A stretch of DNA of 64,000 nt from assembly GCA_945875585.1 (NCBI GenBank), contig CAMCLK010000002.1, positions 10,964 to 74,963 of the forward strand. Direction: 5' to 3'. A model generated the notes under the pieces. That model was given only the letters and a program-made list of their open reading frames with translations. It made no database searches and had not been told where the DNA came from. Origin of the DNA: Candidatus Kuenenia stuttgartensis (GTDB lineage: Bacteria; Planctomycetota; Planctomycetia; Gemmatales; Gemmataceae). The translations under genes and the position numbers were made by a program. Positions 19,425 to 28,644 of this stretch are shown one piece after another (the first letter of the stretch is position 1; each line of letters begins with the position of its first letter).

Positions 19425-20552
19425 TTAGGCAAGGCTGAGAGGCAGAGTTCCCATCGATCGAAATGGTGTGGGATTTAGTGGCCGATCGATGAGTTGATAG
19501 TGCACATTGCGTTGTCTGGGTACATAGCCAAGCTCAAGAATGGCGTTCTTGATTTGGTCTAAGGTGAGGTGATGTGCTGTACCTGCTGCTGATACCACAT
19601 TTTCTTCAATCATTAGGCTGCCCATGTCGTTGGCGCCAAATTGCAGCGCCAATTGCCCTATCTTTAGGCCTTGTGTCACCCAAGATGACTGAATGTTGGG
19701 AATGTTGTCCAAGAATAAACGCGAAATAGCTTGGGTGCGCAGATATTCATGGGATCCAACTGGTGGAAGGTGCGCTAGATGCGTGTGTTCTGGTTGAAAC
19801 GTCCAGCATATAAAAGCTGTGAATCCACCGGTTTCATCTTGCAACGAACGCAAACGATTCAATGATTCAACCCGGTCCGCTAATGTTTCCACATGCCCAA
19901 ACATCATCGTGCAGGTGGAATGACCGCCAAGGCCATGCCAAACACGATTGACTTCCAACCACGCATCGGAAAGGCATTTATTGATGGTCAGCTCCTTGCG
20001 GACGCGGTCCACGAGGATTTCTCCACCGCCACCCGGAAGGCTACCCATGCCAGCATTTTTGAGGCGTGATAAAACGTCTTGCAGTGGAATTTTGTTGAGC
20101 TTGTGAAAATGCCAAATCTCAGGTGGACTGAACGCATGGAGATTGAAGTCGGGATAGCGTTCTTTGAGGAATCGTAGGAGATCTTCGTACCATTCCAATT
20201 TCAATGTTGGGTGCATCCCACCTTGGAGCAGTGCCTGATCTCCACCAAGGGCTATTGTTTCGTCGATTTTTTGGCAAAGTTCTTCCCGCGTGAGAACATA
20301 CGCGTCAGAGTCGCCCGGTTTTCGGTAGAAGGCGCAAAAGTGACATACCGCCGCGCAGACATTTGTATAATTGATATTTCGATCAATATTATACGTTCGG
20401 TAGGGCTCTGGATGGAGCCGGCGTGTCACAGAATCAGCAGCCTTTCCCAACGCGGATAGGTCTTGGCATTCTTCGAATAGCCTAAGTGCGTTTTCTGGTG
20501 TCATACGCTCGCCGTCAGCGGCAGCACGAAGAATCGAGTCGATGGACCTCAT
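19425..20552 (-). CDS. radical SAM enzyme of the MqnC/MqnE family (futalosine-pathway menaquinone biosynthesis)
   Basis: 375 aa. CxxxCxxC cluster CAAVCHFCAF. Overall length and organisation fit the CofH/MqnC/MqnE group. It is adjacent to and co-oriented with mqnA. Confidence 0.65.
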   Translation of the reverse strand: MRSIDSILRAAADGERMTPENALRLFEECQDLSALGKAADSVTRRLHPEPYRTYNIDRNINYTNVCAAVCHFCAFYRKPGDSDAYVLTREELCQKIDETIALGGDQALLQGGMHPTLKLEWYEDLLRFLKERYPDFNLHAFSPPEIWHFHKLNKIPLQDVLSRLKNAGMGSLPGGGGEILVDRVRKELTINKCLSDAWLEVNRVWHGLGGHSTCTMMFGHVETLADRVESLNRLRSLQDETGGFTAFICWTFQPEHTHLAHLPPVGSHEYLRTQAISRLFLDNIPNIQSSWVTQGLKIGQLALQFGANDMGSLMIEENVVSAAGTAHHLTLDQIKNAILELGYVPRQRNVHYQLIDRPLNPTPFRSMGTLPLSLA

Positions 20553-21336
20553 GAATAGATCTCCACGGGACGATGGCTAGTTGATCGAGTCGACGCTGAA
20601 ACAGATGCAAGCCGGCGAGTTCGGTAGCTCCCAAATCGTAACGAATGTGGTGGCTCAGGTAATGAAGGCAAAGGTCGGGATCTTTGCCAAGCAATGCAGC
20701 TTCCCTTACCGCAAGGCGAGGTAGCGATTGCATTCCGCGGTTCAAGGCAGCCTGAAATCCTTCTATTACTTCATGTGCAAGTTGTAGGCCTGGCCGAACA
20801 GCCCAAACTGCAAAAACAAACGGCAGTCCAGTTTGGCGAAACCATTCTTCACCAAGATCTAGTCGATGCGGGAAACCGGGAAGTTTTTGCCGCATGGCTC
20901 GGTCACCGATAATCAAAACGGCGTCTGAATCAACTGTCTCTGCTGATCGGCAAATTGGTAGAGGCTGAACGTTACCGATCGACCAATAGTTGCCATGGAA
21001 CAGAATACGTAGCAGTGCGGCGCTGGTCCGACTACCTTCGTCAATCGAAATGGAACGTATCTGATCAAATGGGACTTTGGAAAATACACAAACACTCAGA
21101 ACAGGACCTCTGCAGCCAACCGCCAAGCCCGGCAGATAAGTGCAGAAGCGGTTTTTCAGGAATTCAACCACTGGAATCAGGCCGACATCAAACTCACCCA
21201 CAGCCATTCGGTCTGCGAGACGAGAAGGTAGCTCAAATTCAAGGCTCGAACCGGGAATCAGAGCCTGCAGGTCTTCTACCAGAGGCTTGGAATTAAGATA
21301 ACCAACAGCACCAATTCGCAAGCCTTGACCAGACAT
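20515..21336 (-). CDS. mqnA: chorismate dehydratase MqnA (futalosine pathway)
   Basis: 273 aa. The N-terminal LRIGAVGYLNSKPL signature of MqnA and a periplasmic-binding-protein-like fold. It overlaps the downstream radical SAM gene by 38 nt. Confidence 0.7.
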   Translation of the reverse strand: MSGQGLRIGAVGYLNSKPLVEDLQALIPGSSLEFELPSRLADRMAVGEFDVGLIPVVEFLKNRFCTYLPGLAVGCRGPVLSVCVFSKVPFDQIRSISIDEGSRTSAALLRILFHGNYWSIGNVQPLPICRSAETVDSDAVLIIGDRAMRQKLPGFPHRLDLGEEWFRQTGLPFVFAVWAVRPGLQLAHEVIEGFQAALNRGMQSLPRLAVREAALLGKDPDLCLHYLSHHIRYDLGATELAGLHLFQRRLDQLAIVPWRSIHEVHRLDSSCCR

Positions 21337-21399
21337 AGGATTGCCTCCGTCGTCTTCTTTTAACCGGGATTAGTGGTGCGGTGACAACCGACGGATTGC

Positions 21400-22887
21400 T
21401 TATCTTGTCCAAGTTAGCAGATGGTATCCCCATGCGGGCAGATCAATGAAAACCCCGGTTTGGCGTACTTCCTCGCCGGACCATTCGAATGATTTTTCCG
21501 TTACCAAGTCCTTAAAGACGATCTGGCTTCCTGATATTGGGAGTCTGATTTTGCACTCGCTTTTACTGGAGGAGCAGTTGACAACGACCATCATTGGATG
21601 GGGGGTATCGATCATCATGGCAACGATATTCAGATGCGCCACATTTCCTGCGCTTGCTGGTTCCGGTGTTGCCAGCTTCCAAGAATGATTTCCAGCTAAC
21701 GCAGCTTTGGGAAGCATCCATTCGTAGAAGCGAGCTATGTCAGGGTCCGCAGATTCTTGAACAACGCGCCGGAGGTGTACCGAATCCGATACCTTGTATC
21801 CCAATTCCTGACCTTGATGAACGAAGCGCAGTCCAGGTGCAAAAAAACTGATCATGGCAGCGGCTTTGTGTTGTTGTGGATTCAAAAGCCCCGCAACCCT
21901 TGGCTCATCATGATTTTCCAGAAAATGGGCACAACGATCACGAAAAGCCGGTTCAGCATTCAGGTGCCAGCGAACTTGTTCTCCCAAACCGTGGTGCAGG
22001 CGGTCGTAGAGTCTTTTGTCGTAGCAGTAATTAAAGCCTTGAGTCATTAGGTCCCATTCGCGGTCCCAGTAACATTCACCGAGAAACACAAATTCGGGGT
22101 TTATATCCCGTGCCGAGCTGATTAATTTCGGCCAATAATCGGATTTATCTCGATGGTATCCGTCAGCCTGCATGGCGGATTCGTTCCATGTCGATTCAAA
22201 AATATCAGAAAGGGGGAGCATGGCCATGTCGCAACGCAATCCATCACATTGGGTGGCGATGGATGCTATCAAGTTGCAATGCTCTGTCCGCACTTTGGGG
22301 TGGAACAGGTTCAACTGGTAGGTGTCCGGCCATGGCGGAAAAAAGGGGTCACGCCCGTGGCATAATTCGGGGCCGCCGGAAATTGCTGCAACAGCATGTC
22401 CCGCAGGTGTTTTTTGATCAGAGTGGATGAATATTTCAGGGCAATTGATTGCCCATGGGTGGTCTAAGCCTACGTGGTTGGGAACGAAATCAAGCATCAA
22501 CCGCAATCCGTGATGGTTTGCCTTGGAACGGAAAACCATCAATGCATCCGCGGGACCAAAATCATCATGAAGAACATAGGCAGAAATCGCAAATGGTGAC
22601 CCACAAACATCTTCCTCCCGGCAACCGGGAAGGTGGGATTCGTGGTGGGCAGCAATGGCTGGATGTCTGATAGAGACGTCCCGGCTACGACTGCCTGTCT
22701 GCCAGATGCCCAGAAGATAAATCCAGTCAAATCCCAAGCTGGCAAGTTTTGCAAACCATTGGTCTGGAACATCGGCCAATGTAGGTGCTTTGACTCCCGC
22801 AGCGCGCAGGTCTTGCATCATGCGTCGTGGGCGTGCCTGATAAAGCATTGGGAATTTCATGAGATTGGTACCTTGAGGTGGTGTCAC
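21400..22887 (-). CDS. GH13 alpha-amylase family glycoside hydrolase
   Basis: 495 aa. A GH13 conserved region I-like motif (LMLDFVPNHVG) and a TIM-barrel catalytic-domain pattern. Confidence 0.65.
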   Translation of the reverse strand: MTPPQGTNLMKFPMLYQARPRRMMQDLRAAGVKAPTLADVPDQWFAKLASLGFDWIYLLGIWQTGSRSRDVSIRHPAIAAHHESHLPGCREEDVCGSPFAISAYVLHDDFGPADALMVFRSKANHHGLRLMLDFVPNHVGLDHPWAINCPEIFIHSDQKTPAGHAVAAISGGPELCHGRDPFFPPWPDTYQLNLFHPKVRTEHCNLIASIATQCDGLRCDMAMLPLSDIFESTWNESAMQADGYHRDKSDYWPKLISSARDINPEFVFLGECYWDREWDLMTQGFNYCYDKRLYDRLHHGLGEQVRWHLNAEPAFRDRCAHFLENHDEPRVAGLLNPQQHKAAAMISFFAPGLRFVHQGQELGYKVSDSVHLRRVVQESADPDIARFYEWMLPKAALAGNHSWKLATPEPASAGNVAHLNIVAMMIDTPHPMMVVVNCSSSKSECKIRLPISGSQIVFKDLVTEKSFEWSGEEVRQTGVFIDLPAWGYHLLTWTR

Positions 22888-24851
22888 GATCCAGCCATTC
22901 CTTGTTCTGGACGAATGCGATTACTCCGGAATGCCTGAACAAGTTGCTCGAGAAGCGCAGTGCGTTGAGCGTTTTCCAGACCCTTTTCAGTTTCCCCTAC
23001 GGTGCGTGTGCTTCCCCAGTCGTGAACGATCTGGACTTGGGGAATTATGTCGACTCCGGAGCGAACTGCGGCAGCAACGGATTCAAAATGATGGTGGGTG
23101 GCCAGGAGTGTTCGTGATGGCTCCAAAACCAGAGTATACCCATGGTCTCCATAGGTTTCTGAAAACGCGCCATCGATTGTTATTGCTTTTCCAGATCTTT
23201 TAATAGGTGACTCGCCTTTTTCAATTTTGACAGGCACGTGTCCGTTCACCAGTATGCCGTTGCCATCGTCAATGCCAAACTCGGCCAGTATCTTGTCGCA
23301 GAACCATACCTCGTGAATAAGTGAAAAATAGGGGTTCTTGATTTCGACATGGGTTTCTGGATTAGAAATAAAATCATTCTGAAATGTGCAAATTCGATCT
23401 TTTCCAAACAAGGGGGAAAGTGGACCGCACCAGAGGTACCAGCAAAGATCCAGATCGGCTTGGTTAGGGTGCTCCACAACTCTGGCGATGACATTGTCGA
23501 GCGCTTCAAGCAGGGCGCGGCCCGTTCGTGGTTCACCATCCACCACGAACGGGAGATAGTCGCCTTTGGCATCAACTGGCAAGCAACCGTGGAAAATGAC
23601 ATGCCTGTCGCGCACGATGTGCATGCTTCCACGATTTCTCAAAAATACAATATGTTCCCAAAGTTTGCGGCTAGCCAGAAAGTGTCCACGCATGCGTTCA
23701 ATACATGCCTGTTCTGCTGGATGCAGTTCATAGGGCGCGTCTGGCCGCAAGGTAGGGAAGTGGGAGTCGCGCAGGGGGTATGTCGATCCATCAACACTCA
23801 CGGTTCCATTCAGTGGGTCGATGGTGTGCAGAACCCGCCATGAATCCAGATTCCATTCAGGGTGTCTGCTGATCAATTGTCCTTCCAGTTTGAATTGCAT
23901 AATGGCTGCCGCTTTTTGCATGCGAGCAACCAGAAGGGTATCATGCAGGTCAGTGCCTTTGGGCTTGAAACACTCTGCTGGATCGTTGCTGTAGCACTCG
24001 TCTACAAGGAGTTGCAGTGGCAGAAGCGGAATTCCGTAGCCTTCTTCCAGTTGTGCCAAGCATCTGTAGCGAAGAGATAACCGGAGCACATGGGCGATAC
24101 AGGCTTCGTGGCCCAAACAGGCTCCCAGCCATGCCGTATCGTGATTTCCCCAAGTGAAATTCAAATTTGGTTGTTGCATGAGAACATCGACGACACGATC
24201 GCCGCGCGCTCCCCTATCCCAACAATCGCCAGCAATTACAATTTCTTCGACAGCAAGATTGCGTGCCAGGCGAGCAAAAACACGTACCACGTGTGGGCCA
24301 CGGCCATGACGCACCAGCGAATTCAGTGCGCTGTCTGCAAAGGCTGATGATGTTGATGTGGAACGTGCACCCACTAGTTCCAGTATCAACTCCCTGTAAT
24401 CTGCAGGGCACAGATTGCGGACCTTGTCCACGGGGAGGTTTCCTGCCAATTCACGAACCAGTATCAGCAGATTGCTAAGGTGTTGAAGGAGTTTGCCTTC
24501 AAGTTCTATCGGGCTGGTAATAACCCTAGACAACGCGTCTAGGGTTTCGTGTGGATAGAACAGCAGGCTCAAAAAGTGCTGTATTTCCTCAGAGGAAAGT
24601 TTGCTGTGGAAAAGGTTTTCCACAAGTGGACGCAATGTTCCAGATGCGTTATTGATCACATGCCGTAGCTTTGTGTCGTCGCCATGAATGTCACTTAGAA
24701 CGTGCACCACACCTTTGGGTAAATCCTGCCTCGCTGAGATAAGAGCAATCTCGGCGAGAGCATGATCAAGGCTTGGATAGTCACGAGCCATGGCTTTGAG
24801 AAATGCCAGATTGTCTGGCGTGTTAGTATTGTCGCCATAGTTCTTTGCCAT
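22884..24851 (-). CDS. fbp: fructose-1,6-bisphosphatase class 3
   Basis: 655 aa. The N-terminal ..YPSLDHALAEIALISARQDLPKGVVHVLSDIHGDD.. matches the FBPase class 3 (Bacillus Fbp, PF06874) calcineurin-like N-terminus. The length is typical. Confidence 0.75.
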   Translation of the reverse strand: MAKNYGDNTNTPDNLAFLKAMARDYPSLDHALAEIALISARQDLPKGVVHVLSDIHGDDTKLRHVINNASGTLRPLVENLFHSKLSSEEIQHFLSLLFYPHETLDALSRVITSPIELEGKLLQHLSNLLILVRELAGNLPVDKVRNLCPADYRELILELVGARSTSTSSAFADSALNSLVRHGRGPHVVRVFARLARNLAVEEIVIAGDCWDRGARGDRVVDVLMQQPNLNFTWGNHDTAWLGACLGHEACIAHVLRLSLRYRCLAQLEEGYGIPLLPLQLLVDECYSNDPAECFKPKGTDLHDTLLVARMQKAAAIMQFKLEGQLISRHPEWNLDSWRVLHTIDPLNGTVSVDGSTYPLRDSHFPTLRPDAPYELHPAEQACIERMRGHFLASRKLWEHIVFLRNRGSMHIVRDRHVIFHGCLPVDAKGDYLPFVVDGEPRTGRALLEALDNVIARVVEHPNQADLDLCWYLWCGPLSPLFGKDRICTFQNDFISNPETHVEIKNPYFSLIHEVWFCDKILAEFGIDDGNGILVNGHVPVKIEKGESPIKRSGKAITIDGAFSETYGDHGYTLVLEPSRTLLATHHHFESVAAAVRSGVDIIPQVQIVHDWGSTRTVGETEKGLENAQRTALLEQLVQAFRSNRIRPEQGMAGS

Positions 24852-24933
24852 GGAATCACTCCCGAAGTCTGGATCTTGGTGTTAGACTAGGGGCTGTTAA
24901 CCGACTTACCACCCCTGAAGGATCACTTGGAGC

Positions 24934-25590
24934 TTGGTAATGAAGGGCATACTGACAATCGATATCGGTGGAACCAACGTCAAGCTGAAGCATTCCGACA
25001 TCGACGAGATCCGGAAATTTCCGTCCGGTTCGGAATTGGTCCCCGATGAATTTGCCCGTCACATTGTTGAGTTGACCAAGGATTGGCGTGTTGAAAAGGT
25101 CTCGGTGGGTTACCCGGGCCCTATCGTGAACGGGCGCATACACCTTGAACCGGCTAATCTGGGCCGTGGTTGGGTTGGTTTTGATTTCAAGAAGGCGTTG
25201 GGTTGCCCGGTGAAAATTATCAACGATGCAGCCATGCAGGCCCTTGGTAGTTATCAGGGCGGACGCATGCTGTTTCTGGGGTTGGGTACGGGGTTGGGAA
25301 CCACATTCATCATGGATGGCATGGTGGCCCCACTTGAGGTTGGCCATCTGCCTTATTCCAAGAAACAGTCGTTTGAGCAGTGGGTAGGCAACGCCGCGCT
25401 CCAAAAACTAGGAAAAAAACGCTGGCAAAAGGTTGTATTCGACGTTGTCCACAGACTTCGCGATGCCTTTATTGCCGATTATGTTGTACTAGGGGGCGGG
25501 AATGTCAAAAAGCTCGATGAGTTACCTCCCGGTTGCCGCTTGGGTGATAATCGGAATGCATTCACGGGCGGTGAGAGAATGTGGGATTAG
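24934..25590 (+). CDS. ROK-family sugar kinase (possibly a polyphosphate glucokinase type, short form)
   Basis: 218 aa. ILTIDIGGTNVK ATP-binding motif and VGYPGPI. Confidence 0.55.
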   Translation: MVMKGILTIDIGGTNVKLKHSDIDEIRKFPSGSELVPDEFARHIVELTKDWRVEKVSVGYPGPIVNGRIHLEPANLGRGWVGFDFKKALGCPVKIINDAAMQALGSYQGGRMLFLGLGTGLGTTFIMDGMVAPLEVGHLPYSKKQSFEQWVGNAALQKLGKKRWQKVVFDVVHRLRDAFIADYVVLGGGNVKKLDELPPGCRLGDNRNAFTGGERMWD

Positions 25591-26333
25591 TCTGCCCATT
25601 CTTCGTGGCAGGCCAGCCAAGCGTTGATATGCAAGCTGGTGAAAAAACGGCGAACGCTTGAAAAGCCCGCTTGGCGAATCAGGCGTTCTTCCATTTCAGG
25701 TGAAATCGATTGAAGGGATGTCCGGCAATCTTCTTGAAAGCGCTGGTAACGCTCTAGAGCGGCACCGTGTGCACGAGCGAAATTCCACCGGCAAGCCATC
25801 ATGGCGCGAAAACCAGAGCTGTTTTCGTTGCAGGCATCAGCAACAATCAGCCTGCCATCTGGCTTCAATCGGTGATTAATAGAACTAAATAGACTGATTT
25901 TATCTTTTTCTTCTGCCATGAAGTGACTGACGAGAATACAGGTTGCACCATCAAACGCCCCATTTGCATCAATATCATTCACGGTCCCAACAACTAGGGT
26001 AGCACGATCAGCCATTTTAAGGCTATGCAAGCGCTCTGAACATTGATGAATCATGGCTGGAGACAAATCCACTCCCACAAAATGCCAATATGGGTAGAGT
26101 CGGCCAAGGCAAATGATTTCCGTACCCGAACCACATCCGATGACCAGGATCCTGGCATTGGCGGGGCATGATGGTTCAAGCATGGCTCCAGCCAGCGCAT
26201 GCAGGCCCTCATAACCCGGAATTACCTGCCGGATAAAAGTATCGTAATGGGCGCCGTAATCGGCTTCGAAATCGAATGGCCGGTTATCCATCTCATTCAC
26301 CAACGGGGTAGTGTACGGCCTGGGCCAAAACAC
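25587..26333 (-). CDS. class I SAM-dependent methyltransferase
   Basis: 248 aa. ILVIGCGSGTE glycine-rich SAM-binding motif. A CmoA-like N-terminus (VIPGYEGLHAL). Confidence 0.6.
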   Translation of the reverse strand: MFWPRPYTTPLVNEMDNRPFDFEADYGAHYDTFIRQVIPGYEGLHALAGAMLEPSCPANARILVIGCGSGTEIICLGRLYPYWHFVGVDLSPAMIHQCSERLHSLKMADRATLVVGTVNDIDANGAFDGATCILVSHFMAEEKDKISLFSSINHRLKPDGRLIVADACNENSSGFRAMMACRWNFARAHGAALERYQRFQEDCRTSLQSISPEMEERLIRQAGFSSVRRFFTSLHINAWLACHEEWAD

Positions 26334-27600
26334 AAGTCAGCTGGTTTAGGGCGTTGATGGCATTAAGGAACCTGCCTGCGGAAGCTAGATGCGTCATGAT
26401 CACCATGTGTACTTGAGAATTAGCTGCATCGGTCGGGGTTTCGTGCTGGATGACCGAGGCAATGGAGATTTCGTGACTGGCCAGAACGCCGGATACTTCA
26501 GCCATAACACCTGGACGGTCAACCACGTGAAGTCTTAGGTAGTAACGAGATCGCAGTTTTTCTGGAGGCAAGCAGGGGGCTGACGGGTTTTGTGTCCATA
26601 ATCGGTTGGTTGCTGCCAAAAGGCCATTTCGCGAAACAGCCAATTCAACCAGATCGCTTACAACAGCGCTTGCGGTTGGTTTTCTGCCAGCTCCAGCTCC
26701 ATAAAACAATGTTTCGCCTACGGAATCGCCTATCACACGTACCGCATTGAAAGCGCCCCTTACTTGGGCAAGCGGCGTATTTTTCTTCAGAAGCACCGGG
26801 CTTACATGAGATGTTATTCCTGCAGGATCACTCCAGATCTCAGCCAGAAGGCGGATGGAATATCCAAGTTCACTGGCAAAATGAATGTCCAGCGGTGCGA
26901 GAGTATCGATGCCGCGACGGCTGATGGCTTCAACGTCTAGTGTGGCATCCATCGCTAAGTGGGCAAGTACAGCAAGTTTGTGAGCAGCATCTGTACCGTT
27001 TACATCGAGTGTGGGGTCTGATTCAGCAAAACCAAGATCCTGAGCTCCGCGCAAGGCTGTTGGATAATCCAGCAGATCGTCGGTCATGCGCGTCAAAATA
27101 TAGTTGCATGTGCCGTTGAGAATGCCTTGGATGGCAACAATGGTGTTTCCAGCTAAACCGCGCTGGATGGCGCCAATGATGGGGATTCCTCCGGCAACAC
27201 TCGCCTCGAAAGCCACACAGCGCTGATACTTTCGGGCGATCGAGAATAGTTCCGCGCCACGGGTGGCCAGAATAGCCTTGTTGGCGGTGACGACATCCTT
27301 GCCTGCTTCTAGAGCGGCAACGATGGCGTCAAAAGCCCACGTGGTACCGCCAGCCACTTCTACGACAGCATCAATCGATGGGTCTTGAAGGATTTCTTGG
27401 AGATTACTGGCCAGTACACCCGGCAACAGAGTGATATCGCGGCTCTTTGCGGGATTTTTTGTGAGGACTTTCCTTAACTTTAGATGTCTTCCTGCGCGGT
27501 GTTCCAAAAGTGCTGCGGAGTCGGTCAGAATTTGGGCTACTCCCGTTCCAACGGTACCGAGTCCAAGCAGGGCGATGTTTAAAGGAGGATTCACGGGCAT
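26293..27600 (-). CDS. hom: homoserine dehydrogenase
   Basis: The ORF extends to 27945, but its first 115 codons are a Pro-rich run (the antisense of the Gly-rich gene on the + strand). The ATG at 27600 gives MPVNPPLNIALLGLGTVGTGV, the canonical Hom NAD-binding N-terminus. The C-terminus has an ACT-like domain. 435 aa. Confidence 0.8.
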   Translation of the reverse strand: MPVNPPLNIALLGLGTVGTGVAQILTDSAALLEHRAGRHLKLRKVLTKNPAKSRDITLLPGVLASNLQEILQDPSIDAVVEVAGGTTWAFDAIVAALEAGKDVVTANKAILATRGAELFSIARKYQRCVAFEASVAGGIPIIGAIQRGLAGNTIVAIQGILNGTCNYILTRMTDDLLDYPTALRGAQDLGFAESDPTLDVNGTDAAHKLAVLAHLAMDATLDVEAISRRGIDTLAPLDIHFASELGYSIRLLAEIWSDPAGITSHVSPVLLKKNTPLAQVRGAFNAVRVIGDSVGETLFYGAGAGRKPTASAVVSDLVELAVSRNGLLAATNRLWTQNPSAPCLPPEKLRSRYYLRLHVVDRPGVMAEVSGVLASHEISIASVIQHETPTDAANSQVHMVIMTHLASAGRFLNAINALNQLTCVLAQAVHYPVGE

Positions 27601-27730
27601 GCTGTACCATCGTTTTCCATGGGGGACTGGGCAATAATATCCCGTGTTTGGTTGCTTCATCACGCGATTAGTATCAGAATAGAAATGTGAACACGGAGAA
27701 CCACCCGATCGTGTGGCAGAGGGCGTGACA

Positions 27731-28558
27731 ATGAACCGAATTTGGTTGCTGGGATTGGGATTGCACGCATTTGTTTGGGTTGGAAACGCTTCGGCACAAT
27801 TTTCCGGTGGCGGAAGTGGTTCGTCGATGGGTGGAGGCAGTTCAACAGGTGGCCTAAGCTCAGGCGGCGGTGGAGGCTTGGGTGGCGGCGGTGGTTTGGG
27901 CGGCGGGGCCGGTGGCGGGGGCGGAAGTTTCAACAATCCAACCAACTCGGGTGGTTTTGGATTGGGATTCTTGACCCTTGGGCAACGCGCTGGATCTAAT
28001 CGTAGTGGGACAGGGTCAGGTTCGTTTTTGGGCCCATACTACGCATCTCCATTGGCTTTGGGGTATGGGCCACTCAATACTGGCAGTGCAGCCACAGCCA
28101 ATGCCAATAGCGACCCTACCTTTGGAACAGCTTTTGCCAACACCGCCACTTCCGGCACAGGTGCTGCTGGCGGCCGTGGCGGAGCAGGTGGGGGCCAAGG
28201 TGGCCAAGGTGGGGCTACTTCCAACCTGACTGGTAGCGTTGATTTCACACCCATCAACAGTTCCGGACTTCGACGAAACCTTCCTTATTCTGCTGAAGTG
28301 AACTTTGAAGGAACGCCAACCAATCCTGATGCTGGCGCAGCCATTATGGAACAACGAATGCTCAGCAATATCACTGACATGTTGGCCAGATCTTCTCGCG
28401 TTCAGGCCGCTTCCAACATTCAAATTTCGATGGATCAAGGCGTTTTGGTCTTAAGCGGTAAAGTCGCATCGGACAAAGAGCGGCGGGTTTTGGAAGCCAT
28501 GGTTCGCATGACACCCGGTGTGCGTGATTTGCGCAACGATATACGCACAAGCCCTTGA
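27731..28558 (+). CDS. secreted glycine-rich protein with a C-terminal BON domain
   Basis: The signal peptide MNRIWLLGLGLHAFVWVGNASAQ begins at the ATG at 27731. It is followed by long GGGSG/GGLGGGG tracts. The C-terminal VQAASNIQISMDQGVLVLSGKVASDKERRVLEAMVRMTPGVRDLRNDI matches the BON (OsmY-like) fold. Confidence 0.65.
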   Translation: MNRIWLLGLGLHAFVWVGNASAQFSGGGSGSSMGGGSSTGGLSSGGGGGLGGGGGLGGGAGGGGGSFNNPTNSGGFGLGFLTLGQRAGSNRSGTGSGSFLGPYYASPLALGYGPLNTGSAATANANSDPTFGTAFANTATSGTGAAGGRGGAGGGQGGQGGATSNLTGSVDFTPINSSGLRRNLPYSAEVNFEGTPTNPDAGAAIMEQRMLSNITDMLARSSRVQAASNIQISMDQGVLVLSGKVASDKERRVLEAMVRMTPGVRDLRNDIRTSP

Positions 28559-28644
28559 TCAGTAGTGTGAATAATAATCGATGGCGGTTGGCCTAGGTTG
28601 GTCCCGCCGTTTACTCATGAAACCCATGAAAGAAAAGTCAATTC

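Noticed and set aside
27660-27945. Pro-rich N-terminal extension of the hom ORF (PPPPAPPPKPPPPPKPPPPPE...) and the related ORFs 27404-27634, 27742-27999 and 28039-28257
   Set aside because: These are mirror-image artefacts of the Gly-rich BON-protein gene on the + strand. The canonical Hom N-terminus starts at the internal ATG at 27600.
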